Below are positions 1-8,840 of a stretch of DNA of 48,580 nt, piece by piece. The position numbers and the translations under genes were made by a program. Position 1 is the stretch's first letter. Each line of letters opens with the position of its first letter. The notes beneath the pieces are model-generated. The model saw only the letters and a list, made by a program, of their open reading frames with translations. It did not search any database and had not been told where the DNA came from. This stretch comes from Minisyncoccota bacterium (GTDB lineage: Bacteria; Patescibacteriota; Minisyncoccia; Phycocordibacterales; UBA9973): assembly GCA_043718505.1 (NCBI GenBank), contig JAYSVN010000029.1, forward strand, positions 1-48,580. The letters run 5' to 3'.

Positions 1-359
1 TCTTCTTCCGCAAACTTTAATGCATTCATAGCTGAATCAATTACTCCTTGCTCCATAGCATTAAGTTTCCTTAATGACTCAAACTTTCCACCGAATGAAT
101 TGGCGCGAACCATAAGATCACCGATAATCGTTTTAAGATCATCCTGATCAGCATTTACCATCGCTTCTATATCCTCAAGTTTGGCGTCCATAATCTTCTG
201 AATAGCTTGATCCTGAAGATTCTTATTGTCCGCCACCATTTCGAGCATATCGCTATAATCGTGACCGATTTTAGCTTTTAGCTTGGCTTTTACCTCTTCG
301 GTTTTACCTTGTTCTTCGAAAATCCAATCTGAATTTCCACTTTTTTTGTTAGTGCTCAT
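1..359 (-). CDS. hypothetical protein, partial (start codon at 357-359, runs off the left edge)
   Basis: Open frame on the minus strand from the ATG at 357-359. I translated it by hand as MSTNKKSGNSDWIFEEQGKTEEVKAKLKAKIGHDYSDMLEMVADNKNLQDQAIQKIM... It is charged, helical and low-complexity; I recognise no family. Confidence 0.45.
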   Translation of the reverse strand, partial: MSTNKKSGNSDWIFEEQGKTEEVKAKLKAKIGHDYSDMLEMVADNKNLQDQAIQKIMDAKLEDIEAMVNADQDDLKTIIGDLMVRANSFGGKFESLRKLNAMEQGVIDSAMNALKFAEE

Positions 360-474
360 TTTTGTCTATTTTTTGGTTTTCAATGTTCAATTTTTTAGCC
401 TCTTTATTTGAGGGTCTTTTGGCTAAATTAGCATATATATACTGTATTGTCAAGGCTATTGCTGCTTTATAGGA

Positions 475-505
475 AATAAAAAAATACCCCGAAAAAATCG
501 GGGCT
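475..505 (-). terminator. rho-independent terminator (CCCCG-AAAAAAT-CGGGG hairpin, then a T-run on the minus strand)
   Basis: Stem CCCCG (487-491) pairs with CGGGG (499-503). A plus-strand A-run precedes it, which is a T-run on the minus strand, downstream of the 535-1203 gene. Confidence 0.6.
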
Positions 506-534
506 TTAGTGCTATTATAACCTTATTTTACAAG

Positions 535-1203
535 CTATTTTGGAACTTCATCCATGACTCGAGCTCCATTACTATTGTGGGCATCTGTTTTACTGTCATC
601 ATCATGAATACTAACTGAAAAGCCATAGTGCTTCACCCTTCCACAAACAATGTCATCAATTTTCATAGTCATCCAACCTTCAGGAATCCTATGGGGTGGA
701 ATTCTTGAAGCTCCCCTGAACGGATTATCAATTTCAATGGCGATAAAGAATGCGAGTATCGACAGAAAAGTAAAACTTCCGATCGTAAACAGTGCAAGCT
801 TAATGTTCGGATACTGATAGATCGATGCCATACCAATAGTCACTGCAGAAATGAAAAACATGAGGGTATGGATAATGCGCGGCATTCTCCTGTCACGTTC
901 TTCCAGAAATATTCTGGCATTATACGTATCTATAGCTGACTTAATTCTGCTATTTTGTCTAATCATTCTGGACAAAATAGAACCTTGCAATGTACCATAC
1001 AAAATACTCGGCATGAAAAATATTATTTCACGCCTTGGTTCAATTACGGCAGTTGCGGGATCGGCAATTCCAAAGAATTGATAAATATTTTCCCGGAAAA
1101 GATACCAGATTGAGATAGTAACTAATGTGAGTCCTGTTGATTTTAAAAGAATGATTACGGTGCGTCCAGAAATATACTTTGCTTCTTGCGGTGTGATTTT
1201 CAT
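535..1203 (-). CDS. polytopic membrane protein of unknown function (DUF4239-like)
   Basis: The track ORF is 535-1395, but its N-terminal 64 aa overlap the end of the upstream gene. The internal Met at 1201-1203 (MKITPQEAKY...) is the plausible start. Several hydrophobic helices and an IDNPFRG segment. Confidence 0.5.
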   Translation of the reverse strand: MKITPQEAKYISGRTVIILLKSTGLTLVTISIWYLFRENIYQFFGIADPATAVIEPRREIIFFMPSILYGTLQGSILSRMIRQNSRIKSAIDTYNARIFLEERDRRMPRIIHTLMFFISAVTIGMASIYQYPNIKLALFTIGSFTFLSILAFFIAIEIDNPFRGASRIPPHRIPEGWMTMKIDDIVCGRVKHYGFSVSIHDDDSKTDAHNSNGARVMDEVPK

Positions 1204-1249
1204 ATTACATTTTTTTATGATTAAAGCATAATGTTTTTTTATTGTCAAT

Positions 1250-1278
1250 AAAAAAACGCCCCGTGAGGAGCGTTTCCA
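1250..1278 (-). terminator. rho-independent terminator
   Basis: Hairpin AAACGC-cccgtgaggag-GCGTTT flanked by a plus-strand A-run, lying just past the stop of the 1295-1939 gene on the minus strand. Confidence 0.5.
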
Positions 1279-1294
1279 ATACACTTTTTCTTTT

Positions 1295-1939
1295 TTACTT
1301 TTTCTTTTCGAGATCATTGACAATATCATCGATACCGCCACGAATCTTTTTAAGGAGACCAATTCCGCCTTTTTCAGCCTTATCAGCAAGCCCAAACAGT
1401 GACCTGCCGACTCTGCGAACTACTTTATCCATGCCATTTCCTGTACCGATAAACCCATCAACTCTTGATTCGTTCTTGAGCCAGATAGTGCTGTTTTCTT
1501 TTCCCGGAATAAAGCTGACGACATCGAGAGATTCCAATTTATTTCCTTGTATGACATGAGTATAGTCCATATTGTCACGCATGAGTAAATTATTGATGAA
1601 ACCACGGACATTTTTGACATCCATAATGATAATGAATGTGGCCGGTTTAAACGTTTCTCTGATCGCCTTGATCAGGATATTGTTATCCTTATCAGAATCA
1701 GAAAGTTCAGTCGAACTTGGTGGCTGCGGAAGTAAGGCCTGGACAATACCAAGTGCTGTTTTGCCAGCTTCACCGGTATGTTTGAACAGAAAAATGGCAG
1801 TATTTAGGCCATCGCCAGCATCGTCATCAAAGAACAGAATTCTTTTTGCCAATTCATTTAATTTTTTCTGATTGGCTTCGCTGAGCGATTCGGACGCTAT
1901 TCTTGAAGTTGGTGCGGTAATAATAAAGATTTTCTTCAT
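1295..1939 (-). CDS. hypothetical protein (214 aa)
   Basis: Long ORF with a poly-Lys C-terminus and a KHTGEAGKT segment. I recognise no family. Confidence 0.5.
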   Translation of the reverse strand: MKKIFIITAPTSRIASESLSEANQKKLNELAKRILFFDDDAGDGLNTAIFLFKHTGEAGKTALGIVQALLPQPPSSTELSDSDKDNNILIKAIRETFKPATFIIIMDVKNVRGFINNLLMRDNMDYTHVIQGNKLESLDVVSFIPGKENSTIWLKNESRVDGFIGTGNGMDKVVRRVGRSLFGLADKAEKGGIGLLKKIRGGIDDIVNDLEKKK

Positions 1940-2031
1940 GTTTATTTGGTTTTGGGATTAGAACTATGTTTAGAATATTGCTTGTACTTTACATCAAAAA
2001 GAAATATTGTCAAATAGCTTGGCGCTCGTAC

Positions 2032-2060
2032 AAAAAAACCGCATTGCTGCGGAATTTTTC
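2032..2060 (-). terminator. rho-independent terminator of the helicase gene
   Basis: CCGCA-ttgc-TGCGG hairpin (2039-2052) with a plus-strand A-run at 2032-2038, i.e. a T-run on the minus strand after the stop at 2078. Confidence 0.55.
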
Positions 2061-2077
2061 ATATTTGTCTTTAATTT

Positions 2078-3535
2078 TTATTTACTGAAATTTCTCTTTG
2101 GTCCGCCTGATCTACTCGGTGAAGATCCGGGTTTTGAAAACCTGCTACTCGATGAACTTCGCTTTGCATAACCGCTGGATTTTGAAAATGAGCGCTGTGG
2201 GCGTTGTGCACCGCCTGAACGTTGCGAACCAAACGATTGCGCACCGAAAGGACGCGATCCTGATACACCATGGTGCACTGGCGGGCGTGATGAGTCGCCG
2301 CGCGAGGAGCGAAATCCGCCTGGTCGTGAAGAACCACTGCGGGATGATCCTGATCTTGGATTACTGCCTTGATAATTTGAAGGTGCTGCTGAAACACCTG
2401 GCAAATCACTCGGCAATGGTGTCATCTTAATTGGTTTGCGAATAAGACGCTCAATATCTTTAATATCTTTTCGCTCTTCAGGCGTAGCAAAAGAAATCGC
2501 ATGACCGGCAGCACCTGCACGGGCAGTTCGGCCGATGCGGTGAACATAATCTTCTGACTGGCTCGGTAAATCAAAGTTGATGACGAGTTCAATATTTTTG
2601 ACATCGATTCCGCGCGCCACAATATCAGTCGCAACTAGCACGCGATACTTACCTGCTTTAAATCCTTCAAGTGCGGCTTTGCGTTGATTGAGTGAACGGT
2701 TTGAGTGAATTTCAGCAGCGGTGTGACCCATATGCATGACTTTGTAGGCAACTTTAGTTGCGCCGTGTTTAGTACGAGTAAAAATAATTGCCGAGCCCTT
2801 GTAATCAGTGAGAACTTTTTCAAGCAAGCGTAATTTGTCATCGCGCCGTACTACAAAAATTTCCTGCGTAACATTTGCGGCAGTAGTTCCTTGTGGTGCA
2901 ATTTCAATTTGCAAAGGAATTTTCATAGCTTTTGTTGCAATAGTCAAAATTTCAGCCGAAAGAGTTGCCGAAAAAAGCATTGTTTGACGCTCAGTCGGAA
3001 TTGCGGCAAGAATTTGTTTGATCGAAGGCAAAAATCCCATGTCGAGCATGCGATCAGCTTCGTCGAGTACAAGGAATTTTACCTTACTGAGGTTTACGTT
3101 TTTATTTTCCATGTGATCGATGAGACGACCAGGAGTTGCTATGACAACCATTGGATGACGCTTGAGTGCAGCAATTTGTGGACGCATCGGTGCACCACCA
3201 ATGAGTACAACAGGACGAACACCGAGTGGCGTACCAACTTTTGAAAATGTTTCTTCGACTTGGAGTGCTAGTTCACGTGTTGGAACAACAATAAGCGCCA
3301 TACCGGTGCCGGAAAGAAGACCCTGAATAACAGGTATGCCAAAAGCCAGGGTTTTACCTGTTCCTGTCTGTGCAATACCGACAATATCTTTACCTGCGAG
3401 CGCAGGCGCAATTGCCTGTTCTTGAATTGGAGTCGGAGTCGTATATGCGATTTTATCTAAGATCGTAAGGAGGTTGGGCGCGATGCCAAGATTCCGAAAC
3501 GTTGGGCCATTAGCGCCCGGGGTTGGTATATTCAT
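2078..3535 (-). CDS. DEAD-box ATP-dependent RNA helicase with an RGG/SR-rich C-terminal tail
   Basis: Q-motif region TPIQ, Walker A AQTGTGKT, DEAD (VLDEADRMLDMGF), SAT, ARGID and HRIGRTARAG motifs. The C-terminal ~90 aa are low complexity (SRSGSSRPGGFRSSRGDSSRP...). Confidence 0.93.
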   Translation of the reverse strand: MNIPTPGANGPTFRNLGIAPNLLTILDKIAYTTPTPIQEQAIAPALAGKDIVGIAQTGTGKTLAFGIPVIQGLLSGTGMALIVVPTRELALQVEETFSKVGTPLGVRPVVLIGGAPMRPQIAALKRHPMVVIATPGRLIDHMENKNVNLSKVKFLVLDEADRMLDMGFLPSIKQILAAIPTERQTMLFSATLSAEILTIATKAMKIPLQIEIAPQGTTAANVTQEIFVVRRDDKLRLLEKVLTDYKGSAIIFTRTKHGATKVAYKVMHMGHTAAEIHSNRSLNQRKAALEGFKAGKYRVLVATDIVARGIDVKNIELVINFDLPSQSEDYVHRIGRTARAGAAGHAISFATPEERKDIKDIERLIRKPIKMTPLPSDLPGVSAAPSNYQGSNPRSGSSRSGSSRPGGFRSSRGDSSRPPVHHGVSGSRPFGAQSFGSQRSGGAQRPQRSFSKSSGYAKRSSSSSRFSKPGSSPSRSGGPKRNFSK

Positions 3536-3641
3536 TACTTAGGTTGTGAATATACCATGGTTTGGGTTATTTAGCAATTTTTAAGTGTTTTTAATATTTA
3601 ATTAAGATTTTATTAATAGCAATCCCGGTACTATATTAGCT

Positions 3642-4328
3642 ATGACATCAAAATGGATACAATTAAAACCCCAGGCTATCGCCCTTAGACTCGAGGGTAC
3701 ATCCATAAGAGAAATCGAAAAATTGCTTGGAATTGCTCGATCGACTTTAAGTGGGTGGCTAAAAGAAGTAATTATTCCAGAGGAGAATAGACAAAAACTC
3801 AGAACACCCATATGGAAAAATTTGGAAAAGGGGCGGGTAAATGCAATTGCTTGGCATAATATGCAGAAACAGAATCGTTTACTGGCAGCTAAAACTGAAG
3901 CTGACAGACTGCTGCTATTGATTGATTTTACAAATATTATTATTGCAAAGTTATTTTTATCTTCTTTATATCTAGGTGAAGGGAGCAAGAAAAGTATTGC
4001 AACTTCTATGGGTAACAGCGACCCACTTATTCTTAAATTTTTTATTGAATCACTTGTTCATTTATATAAAGTAGATAGAAATACTATTAGGTTTGATTTA
4101 CACCTTCGAGCAGACCAGGATGGTGATACATTGAAAATATATTGGGCTAATCAGTTAAATCTGCCAGTTCAAAACTGTAGGACAATTTCTTACGACAAAA
4201 GAACAGTTGGCAAAACAACATACCCAGATTATAAAGGAGTATGTTTAGTACGCGGTGGCTCAGTTGCGATTCAAAGAGAATTAGTATATCTTAGTAGAGG
4301 ATTTATAAAGAAATTCTTGCGCGGTTAG
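3642..4328 (+). CDS. HTH + LAGLIDADG-like (homing-endonuclease-like) protein, paralog A
   Basis: N-terminal resolvase/sigma-r4-type HTH (LRLEGTSIREIEKLLGIARSTLSGWLK). A degenerate LAGLIDADG motif LYLGEGSK follows, then NSDP...YW.N and a G.VRGGSV block that resemble the I-CreI-type core. It is clearly homologous to ORF 33864-34469. The stop codon (4326-4328) lies inside the 5' end of tRNA-Val. Confidence 0.6.
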   Translation: MTSKWIQLKPQAIALRLEGTSIREIEKLLGIARSTLSGWLKEVIIPEENRQKLRTPIWKNLEKGRVNAIAWHNMQKQNRLLAAKTEADRLLLLIDFTNIIIAKLFLSSLYLGEGSKKSIATSMGNSDPLILKFFIESLVHLYKVDRNTIRFDLHLRADQDGDTLKIYWANQLNLPVQNCRTISYDKRTVGKTTYPDYKGVCLVRGGSVAIQRELVYLSRGFIKKFLRG

Positions 4329-4392
4329 CTCAGTTGGTACGAGCGCGCCGTTGACGTCGGCGAGGTCGCAAGTTCGATCCTTGCACCGCGCA
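4319..4392 (+). tRNA. tRNA-Val (anticodon GAC)
   Basis: Hand-folded cloverleaf. Acceptor GCGCGGT/ACCGCGC, D-arm GCTC..GAGC, anticodon stem CGCCG/CGGCG with loop TTGACGT, T-arm GCAAG-TTCGATC-CTTGC, discriminator A. No CCA is encoded. Confidence 0.85.
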
Positions 4393-4422
4393 CACTACAA
4401 TACTGCTTCTGGATTCAAGAAG

Positions 4423-5457
4423 TTACTTCTTCTCCTCCCCCAAAAACTTAATCAAAGAATCAGAAACTGCTTTCACCTCTTTGTCATCAAACATTGAAAC
4501 TGACAGCACGTGCTTGCTCAATTTTTTGAAAGCTTTTACTTCATTGGCAATTATTTTTGGATCAACAAGGTCAGTTTTGGTTAGAATAATGACTTCTTCT
4601 TTATGTTCAAGGCCTTTACCAAAAGTTTCAAGTTCATTACGAATGGCTTTATAAGCTTCGAGCATTCCAGTGCTGCCTTTTTTATTACTTTCATTTACTT
4701 CAACATTTTCTTCGCCATGGCCTAAATAATTTTCAAAAGAAATTAAATGGGCAATCATTTTTGTTTTTGTAATATGTCGCAAAAATTTTGTACCAAGACC
4801 TTTACCTTCTGATGCTCCTTCAATAAGCCCCGGAATATCGGCAATGATGTGTCCGTAAAAATCACCAAGGTTCGGATCAAGCGTAGTAAAAGCGTAATCG
4901 CCGACTTTGGCACGCGCACTTGTGAGCGCATTGAGCAAACTCGATTTGCCGGCATTTGGAAAACCCACCAGGCCAATGTCCGCATACAGCGAAAGTTCAA
5001 TTTTAAAACGCGCCTCTTCACCTTCCCTTCCCGCTGTTGCCCAGCGAGGCGACTGATTGGTCGAACTTTTGAAATGTTCATTGCCTTTACCGCCTGAACC
5101 ACCGGCTAGAATTTTGGCACGATCACCTGTTTCAACTAATTCATACGTACTGCCGGTATTGAGGTTGGTAATAGTAGAACCCACCGGCAATTTCATAATA
5201 TAGTCTTCACCATCACCGCCCTTGCGACTTGAACCTTCACCATCTTCACCACGTCCGGCTTTAATTTTTCTTTTTGATTTATAGTCAGCCAGCACAAAAA
5301 CATCACGAATAGCTTCCGCGATGACGTCTCCGCCTTTGCCTCCGTCGCCGCCATTCGGGCCGCCACGATCGATAAATTTTTCCTGGCGCCAACGAACAAC
5401 CCCGTCGCCACCGCGACCAGCCATTGCTTCTATTTCAATTTCATCAATAAGTGCCAT
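4423..5457 (-). CDS. obg: GTPase Obg/CgtA
   Basis: Obg fold Gly-rich N-domain (GGDGGKGG, GGSGGKGN), then the G-domain GFPNAGKSSLLNAL and DIPGLIEGAS. Confidence 0.93.
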   Translation of the reverse strand: MALIDEIEIEAMAGRGGDGVVRWRQEKFIDRGGPNGGDGGKGGDVIAEAIRDVFVLADYKSKRKIKAGRGEDGEGSSRKGGDGEDYIMKLPVGSTITNLNTGSTYELVETGDRAKILAGGSGGKGNEHFKSSTNQSPRWATAGREGEEARFKIELSLYADIGLVGFPNAGKSSLLNALTSARAKVGDYAFTTLDPNLGDFYGHIIADIPGLIEGASEGKGLGTKFLRHITKTKMIAHLISFENYLGHGEENVEVNESNKKGSTGMLEAYKAIRNELETFGKGLEHKEEVIILTKTDLVDPKIIANEVKAFKKLSKHVLSVSMFDDKEVKAVSDSLIKFLGEEKK

Positions 5458-5499
5458 GGGGATTTTTTTGTTAGTGCAGCTATTTGCTACCGCACTACT

Positions 5500-6447
5500 C
5501 TACGATTCTAAAGCGATTTTGGCAAGGTTAATGGCACCTTCCTGGGTTTTGGCAAAAGCCAGAAATCGGCCATTATGACAAAAAGTTGCATCAGGCACGC
5601 CGGAAACATTGGCTAGCTCACTATCTGAAAGTCCGGCCCAGGCCTCAGGAAATGATTTCCTTTTTTCAAATGAGCTCTCTGAAATCGGAACCGTTTCGGC
5701 ACTCCACGTTCCACCATTATTCGGATAGACGAAAAATTTTATTTCAGGCAAAGCAGAAAGCGTATGGATAAAATTAATGCGTTCATAGTCTTTGGCAAAA
5801 ATAATGAGTGACTTATTGTTGCTGGCGTTATAGGTTTCGGTAATTTCTCTGGCCGCATCCAGACTCGCTCTTTGTACGATAATGTATCTCTCAAGAAAAG
5901 CTTTGGCTTTTGAAACTGCTACTGTGAATCGTTCATTCATAAGAGCTTCATTACCCTTTTCCTCCCATGTTGGTTTTTCAATCATGGCAAAAAGCCAGAC
6001 CGGCGCCGAAAAAACTCCTTCGATCAAATTTTTGGAAATATCAAAACCATTATCATTGGCATCAATTGCGCAAACAAGCTCATTTTCTATTTTTTGCCAC
6101 AAGGCTTCGTCGTCTCCACAAACCTGTTTGCCGAAATGTTTCCAGACTAAACCAAATGATGCATACGGAACACCATTATCACGTTTACCAGCTCCGCCTT
6201 TTTGGTGATGGTCAAAACGGTTACATGCTGGATCATATTCACCTCCGACATCGACGACATAGTCGCCCGTCGCAATTTCATCGGGATGGCGGGAGCGAAT
6301 AACCTTAATTACTTGCTCAGAACTATTTGCTTTTTGCTCTGCTTCTCCGAGCATCATCAAAAGTGTCGCCACTGCAAAAACATCATCTGCATGAAAAGAA
6401 GCGCTGTGGGTTACGATTTTTATTTCTTTTGTATCATTGTCGTTCAT
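5500..6447 (-). CDS. MYG1/UPF0160 family metal-dependent hydrolase
   Basis: N-terminal HSASFHADDVFA signature typical of UPF0160/MYG1. Confidence 0.75.
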   Translation of the reverse strand: MNDNDTKEIKIVTHSASFHADDVFAVATLLMMLGEAEQKANSSEQVIKVIRSRHPDEIATGDYVVDVGGEYDPACNRFDHHQKGGAGKRDNGVPYASFGLVWKHFGKQVCGDDEALWQKIENELVCAIDANDNGFDISKNLIEGVFSAPVWLFAMIEKPTWEEKGNEALMNERFTVAVSKAKAFLERYIIVQRASLDAAREITETYNASNNKSLIIFAKDYERINFIHTLSALPEIKFFVYPNNGGTWSAETVPISESSFEKRKSFPEAWAGLSDSELANVSGVPDATFCHNGRFLAFAKTQEGAINLAKIALES

Positions 6448-6513
6448 TTTTACTATTTTAATTACGCTTTAGAAAAAATTCATTACTTCTTCATAATATC
6501 ATGCTCTCCTCTT

Positions 6514-7137
6514 CTATTCCTCCCAGACATCTTTTTCCAAAATCTCTCTCTTGGTTTCGTATAGCTCAATAATAAACTGAAGGATGCGCTGGAGGATAAC
6601 AAAAGCAACCAGGAATGCCAGGAAAAGAAGCATGAATTTTCTGATATCGTGGCTGATTTTGAAAGCCGCAATTGAGAAAATGTAACCGAGACCAAGCGCC
6701 AAAAAAGCCCAGACTACCGAAGAAACAACTTCGGCTCTAAAATACGTCGTGCGGCGAACCTTGGTAAAGCCCGAATAAATGAGCACGAGATTATTGAGTC
6801 CGAAAATAAATTTTGAAATAAAGACAGACCAAAACGGTTTTTCTCTAAATTTCGGTAATAAAGTTCTGACTTTGCGAACGACAAAACGAAAAAATCGGCT
6901 GTTGGCATATTTACGGCGAAGAAAACGGCCCACTCTATAACCAATCAATGTTTTTGACAAACCGCCGGCAATGGCCACTAAGTAGGCTTCGGCAAAAGAA
7001 AAAGCACCAATATGAGCTAAAATTCCCGTAATAATAAGCGTAAATTCACCTTCGATCAGGACACCTAAAAAAACAATAAAATAGCCAGCGAGCTGGTGGT
7101 TTTGGGCAAAATTGGTAATAGCATCAAAACTAAGCAT
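6514..7137 (-). CDS. DedA/VTT-domain family membrane protein
   Basis: Polytopic membrane protein carrying the DedA-like GEFTLIITG segment. Confidence 0.6.
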   Translation of the reverse strand: MLSFDAITNFAQNHQLAGYFIVFLGVLIEGEFTLIITGILAHIGAFSFAEAYLVAIAGGLSKTLIGYRVGRFLRRKYANSRFFRFVVRKVRTLLPKFREKPFWSVFISKFIFGLNNLVLIYSGFTKVRRTTYFRAEVVSSVVWAFLALGLGYIFSIAAFKISHDIRKFMLLFLAFLVAFVILQRILQFIIELYETKREILEKDVWEE

Positions 7138-7148
7138 ATTATTCTATA

Positions 7149-7490
7149 TTATTTATCGCCAAAAGCTTTATTGAGAATCCAATTTAAAATTGAAATAATG
7201 AGAGCTCCCCATATTGCAGCAGTAATACTATCCACAGTAAATCCGGCAACAAGTGTCGCCACAAACCAGAGTATCACTCCGTTTATAACCAGAGAAAAAA
7301 GTCCGAGCGTAATAATATTTATAGGCAAAGTGAGTAGCGTGACAATAGGCTTTACAACAGTATTTATAAAACCAAGAATAGCCGCCACGAGAATTGCCGC
7401 CAAAAAGCCACTCACATGAATGCCACTCACAATATATGGAGTCGCAAGGACGGCAAGTGTCAATATTAACCAATGAACGATGATTTTCAT
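7149..7490 (-). CDS. small membrane protein, YvlD/DUF360 (holin-superfamily-IV-like)
   Basis: 113 aa with 3-4 TM helices and the MKIIVHWLILTLAVLATPYIVSGIH start typical of DUF360. Confidence 0.6.
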   Translation of the reverse strand: MKIIVHWLILTLAVLATPYIVSGIHVSGFLAAILVAAILGFINTVVKPIVTLLTLPINIITLGLFSLVINGVILWFVATLVAGFTVDSITAAIWGALIISILNWILNKAFGDK

Positions 7491-7503
7491 ATGTGTAAAA
7501 AAT

Positions 7504-7953
7504 TTAAAAAAGTGATTCGACGACTTCCTTAACTAACATGCCATCAGCTTTGCCTTTCAGGTCTTTCATAAGAGTTCCCGTAAGCTGGCCGGCCTTGCTT
7601 TTGTCAGTAACATTGAGCTCTTCTTTTTTTACCCTGGCCAGAATTTCAATTTCTTCGCGATCCATCATTTTTGGTAAAAAAGTTTCGATAACAGCAAGCT
7701 GAGCTTCTTCTTCGGCCGCCAAATCTTCACGGCCGCCAGTTCTATATTGAGAAATAGAATCCCGGCGCTGCTTGGCCAGACGCATCATAACAGTTTGAGC
7801 TTCATCATCAGCGAGCGTATCCTGTGGAGTTTTACCTTTAGCAACCAATTCATTTGTAAAAGCGCTCGACATGCCGCGCAAAGTATCAAGACGAACAGAA
7901 TCCTTGGCTTTCATGGCTTCTTTTATGCCTTCTTTGATTTTATCCTGTATCAT
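7504..7953 (-). CDS. GatB/YqeY domain protein
   Basis: 149 aa with the YqeY-like pattern (KAKDSVRLDTLR ... ARVKKEELNVTDKSKAGQL). Confidence 0.75.
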   Translation of the reverse strand: MIQDKIKEGIKEAMKAKDSVRLDTLRGMSSAFTNELVAKGKTPQDTLADDEAQTVMMRLAKQRRDSISQYRTGGREDLAAEEEAQLAVIETFLPKMMDREEIEILARVKKEELNVTDKSKAGQLTGTLMKDLKGKADGMLVKEVVESLF

Positions 7954-8029
7954 ATAGCCATTTTACCATATAAGCATACGGATCTGAAGATTTTATCAAA
8001 GAATAATAAAAACGTGTTAAAATGCGCTT

Positions 8030-8758
8030 ATGCCCGAGAAAAAACCCTACAAACTCCTCTTTTTTGATACTGAAACAACCGGTAGTCGTGAAGACGACCG
8101 CCTCATTCAAATTGCCTATATGTATGAAGGCCAGACAGCCTCCGAGCTTTTTAAGGCGCCCTTGCCTATTCAAATTGATGCTATGGCTGTGCATCATATA
8201 ACTAATAAAATGATTGAAGACAAGCCGCCATTTTTATACTCTGCAACGCATAAATATCTGCACGATCTGGCTCATGATGAAAATACTATTTTTGTGGCCC
8301 ACAATGCGCCGTTTGATCTCGCAATGCTCAAGCGTGAAGGTATTATTCCGATGAAATCAATTTGTACCCTCAAAGTTATTCGCGCCATTGATGAAGCCAG
8401 TAAAATTCCTTCATATAAATTGCAGTACTTGCGCTATCTTCTCGATATCGATATTGAAGCTACGGCACACGATGCTATGGGTGATGTTTTGGTTTTGGAA
8501 AAAATATATCGCCATCTTGAAAGTGAAATGTGTAAAAAGCATTCAATTGAAAATGATGCCGCTATCGAAATGATGATGGAAATTTCCGGTAAGCCGTCCC
8601 TCCTGAAACATATTAATTTCGGCAAACATAAAGGCAAAACAATTGACGAAGTCGCACGTACCGATAAAGGCTATTTGGAATGGCTCTACAATGAAAAAAA
8701 GAAAAATCCTGCCGACGAAACTGACTGGCTGTATACGCTTGAATATTATCTTAAATGA
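8030..8758 (+). CDS. DEDDh 3'-5' exonuclease (DnaQ/epsilon-like) with a C-terminal extension
   Basis: Exo I FDTETTG, Exo II HNAPFD, Exo III HDAMGD. The C-terminal ~70 aa resemble the exodeoxyribonuclease-X/DUF3820-like tail. Confidence 0.85.
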   Translation: MPEKKPYKLLFFDTETTGSREDDRLIQIAYMYEGQTASELFKAPLPIQIDAMAVHHITNKMIEDKPPFLYSATHKYLHDLAHDENTIFVAHNAPFDLAMLKREGIIPMKSICTLKVIRAIDEASKIPSYKLQYLRYLLDIDIEATAHDAMGDVLVLEKIYRHLESEMCKKHSIENDAAIEMMMEISGKPSLLKHINFGKHKGKTIDEVARTDKGYLEWLYNEKKKNPADETDWLYTLEYYLK

Positions 8759-8794
8759 TTAATTATTTAAGATAAAAAATTCATAAAAGAAAAA

Positions 8795-8812
8795 CCCCGG
8801 AAATTTCCGGGG
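8795..8812. terminator. bidirectional rho-independent terminator between convergent genes
   Basis: Perfect palindrome CCCCGGAAATTTCCGGGG with an A-run before and T-containing sequence after. Confidence 0.65.
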
Positions 8813-8840
8813 CTAATTGTTTAACATTTAAAATTGCGTA

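Noticed and set aside
1204-1395. N-terminal 64-aa extension of track ORF 535-1395
   Set aside because: The extension overlaps the terminator and 3' end of the upstream gene (1295-1939). The internal Met at 1201-1203 gives a sensible membrane protein.
2098-3244. Several plus-strand track ORFs (110-117 aa) antisense to the DEAD-box helicase; similar antisense ORFs inside dnaK, glmS, clpB, cysteine desulfurase, infB and the HI0933 gene
   Set aside because: All are embedded antisense in strongly supported conserved genes, with low-complexity or Ser/Arg-rich translations typical of antisense frames.
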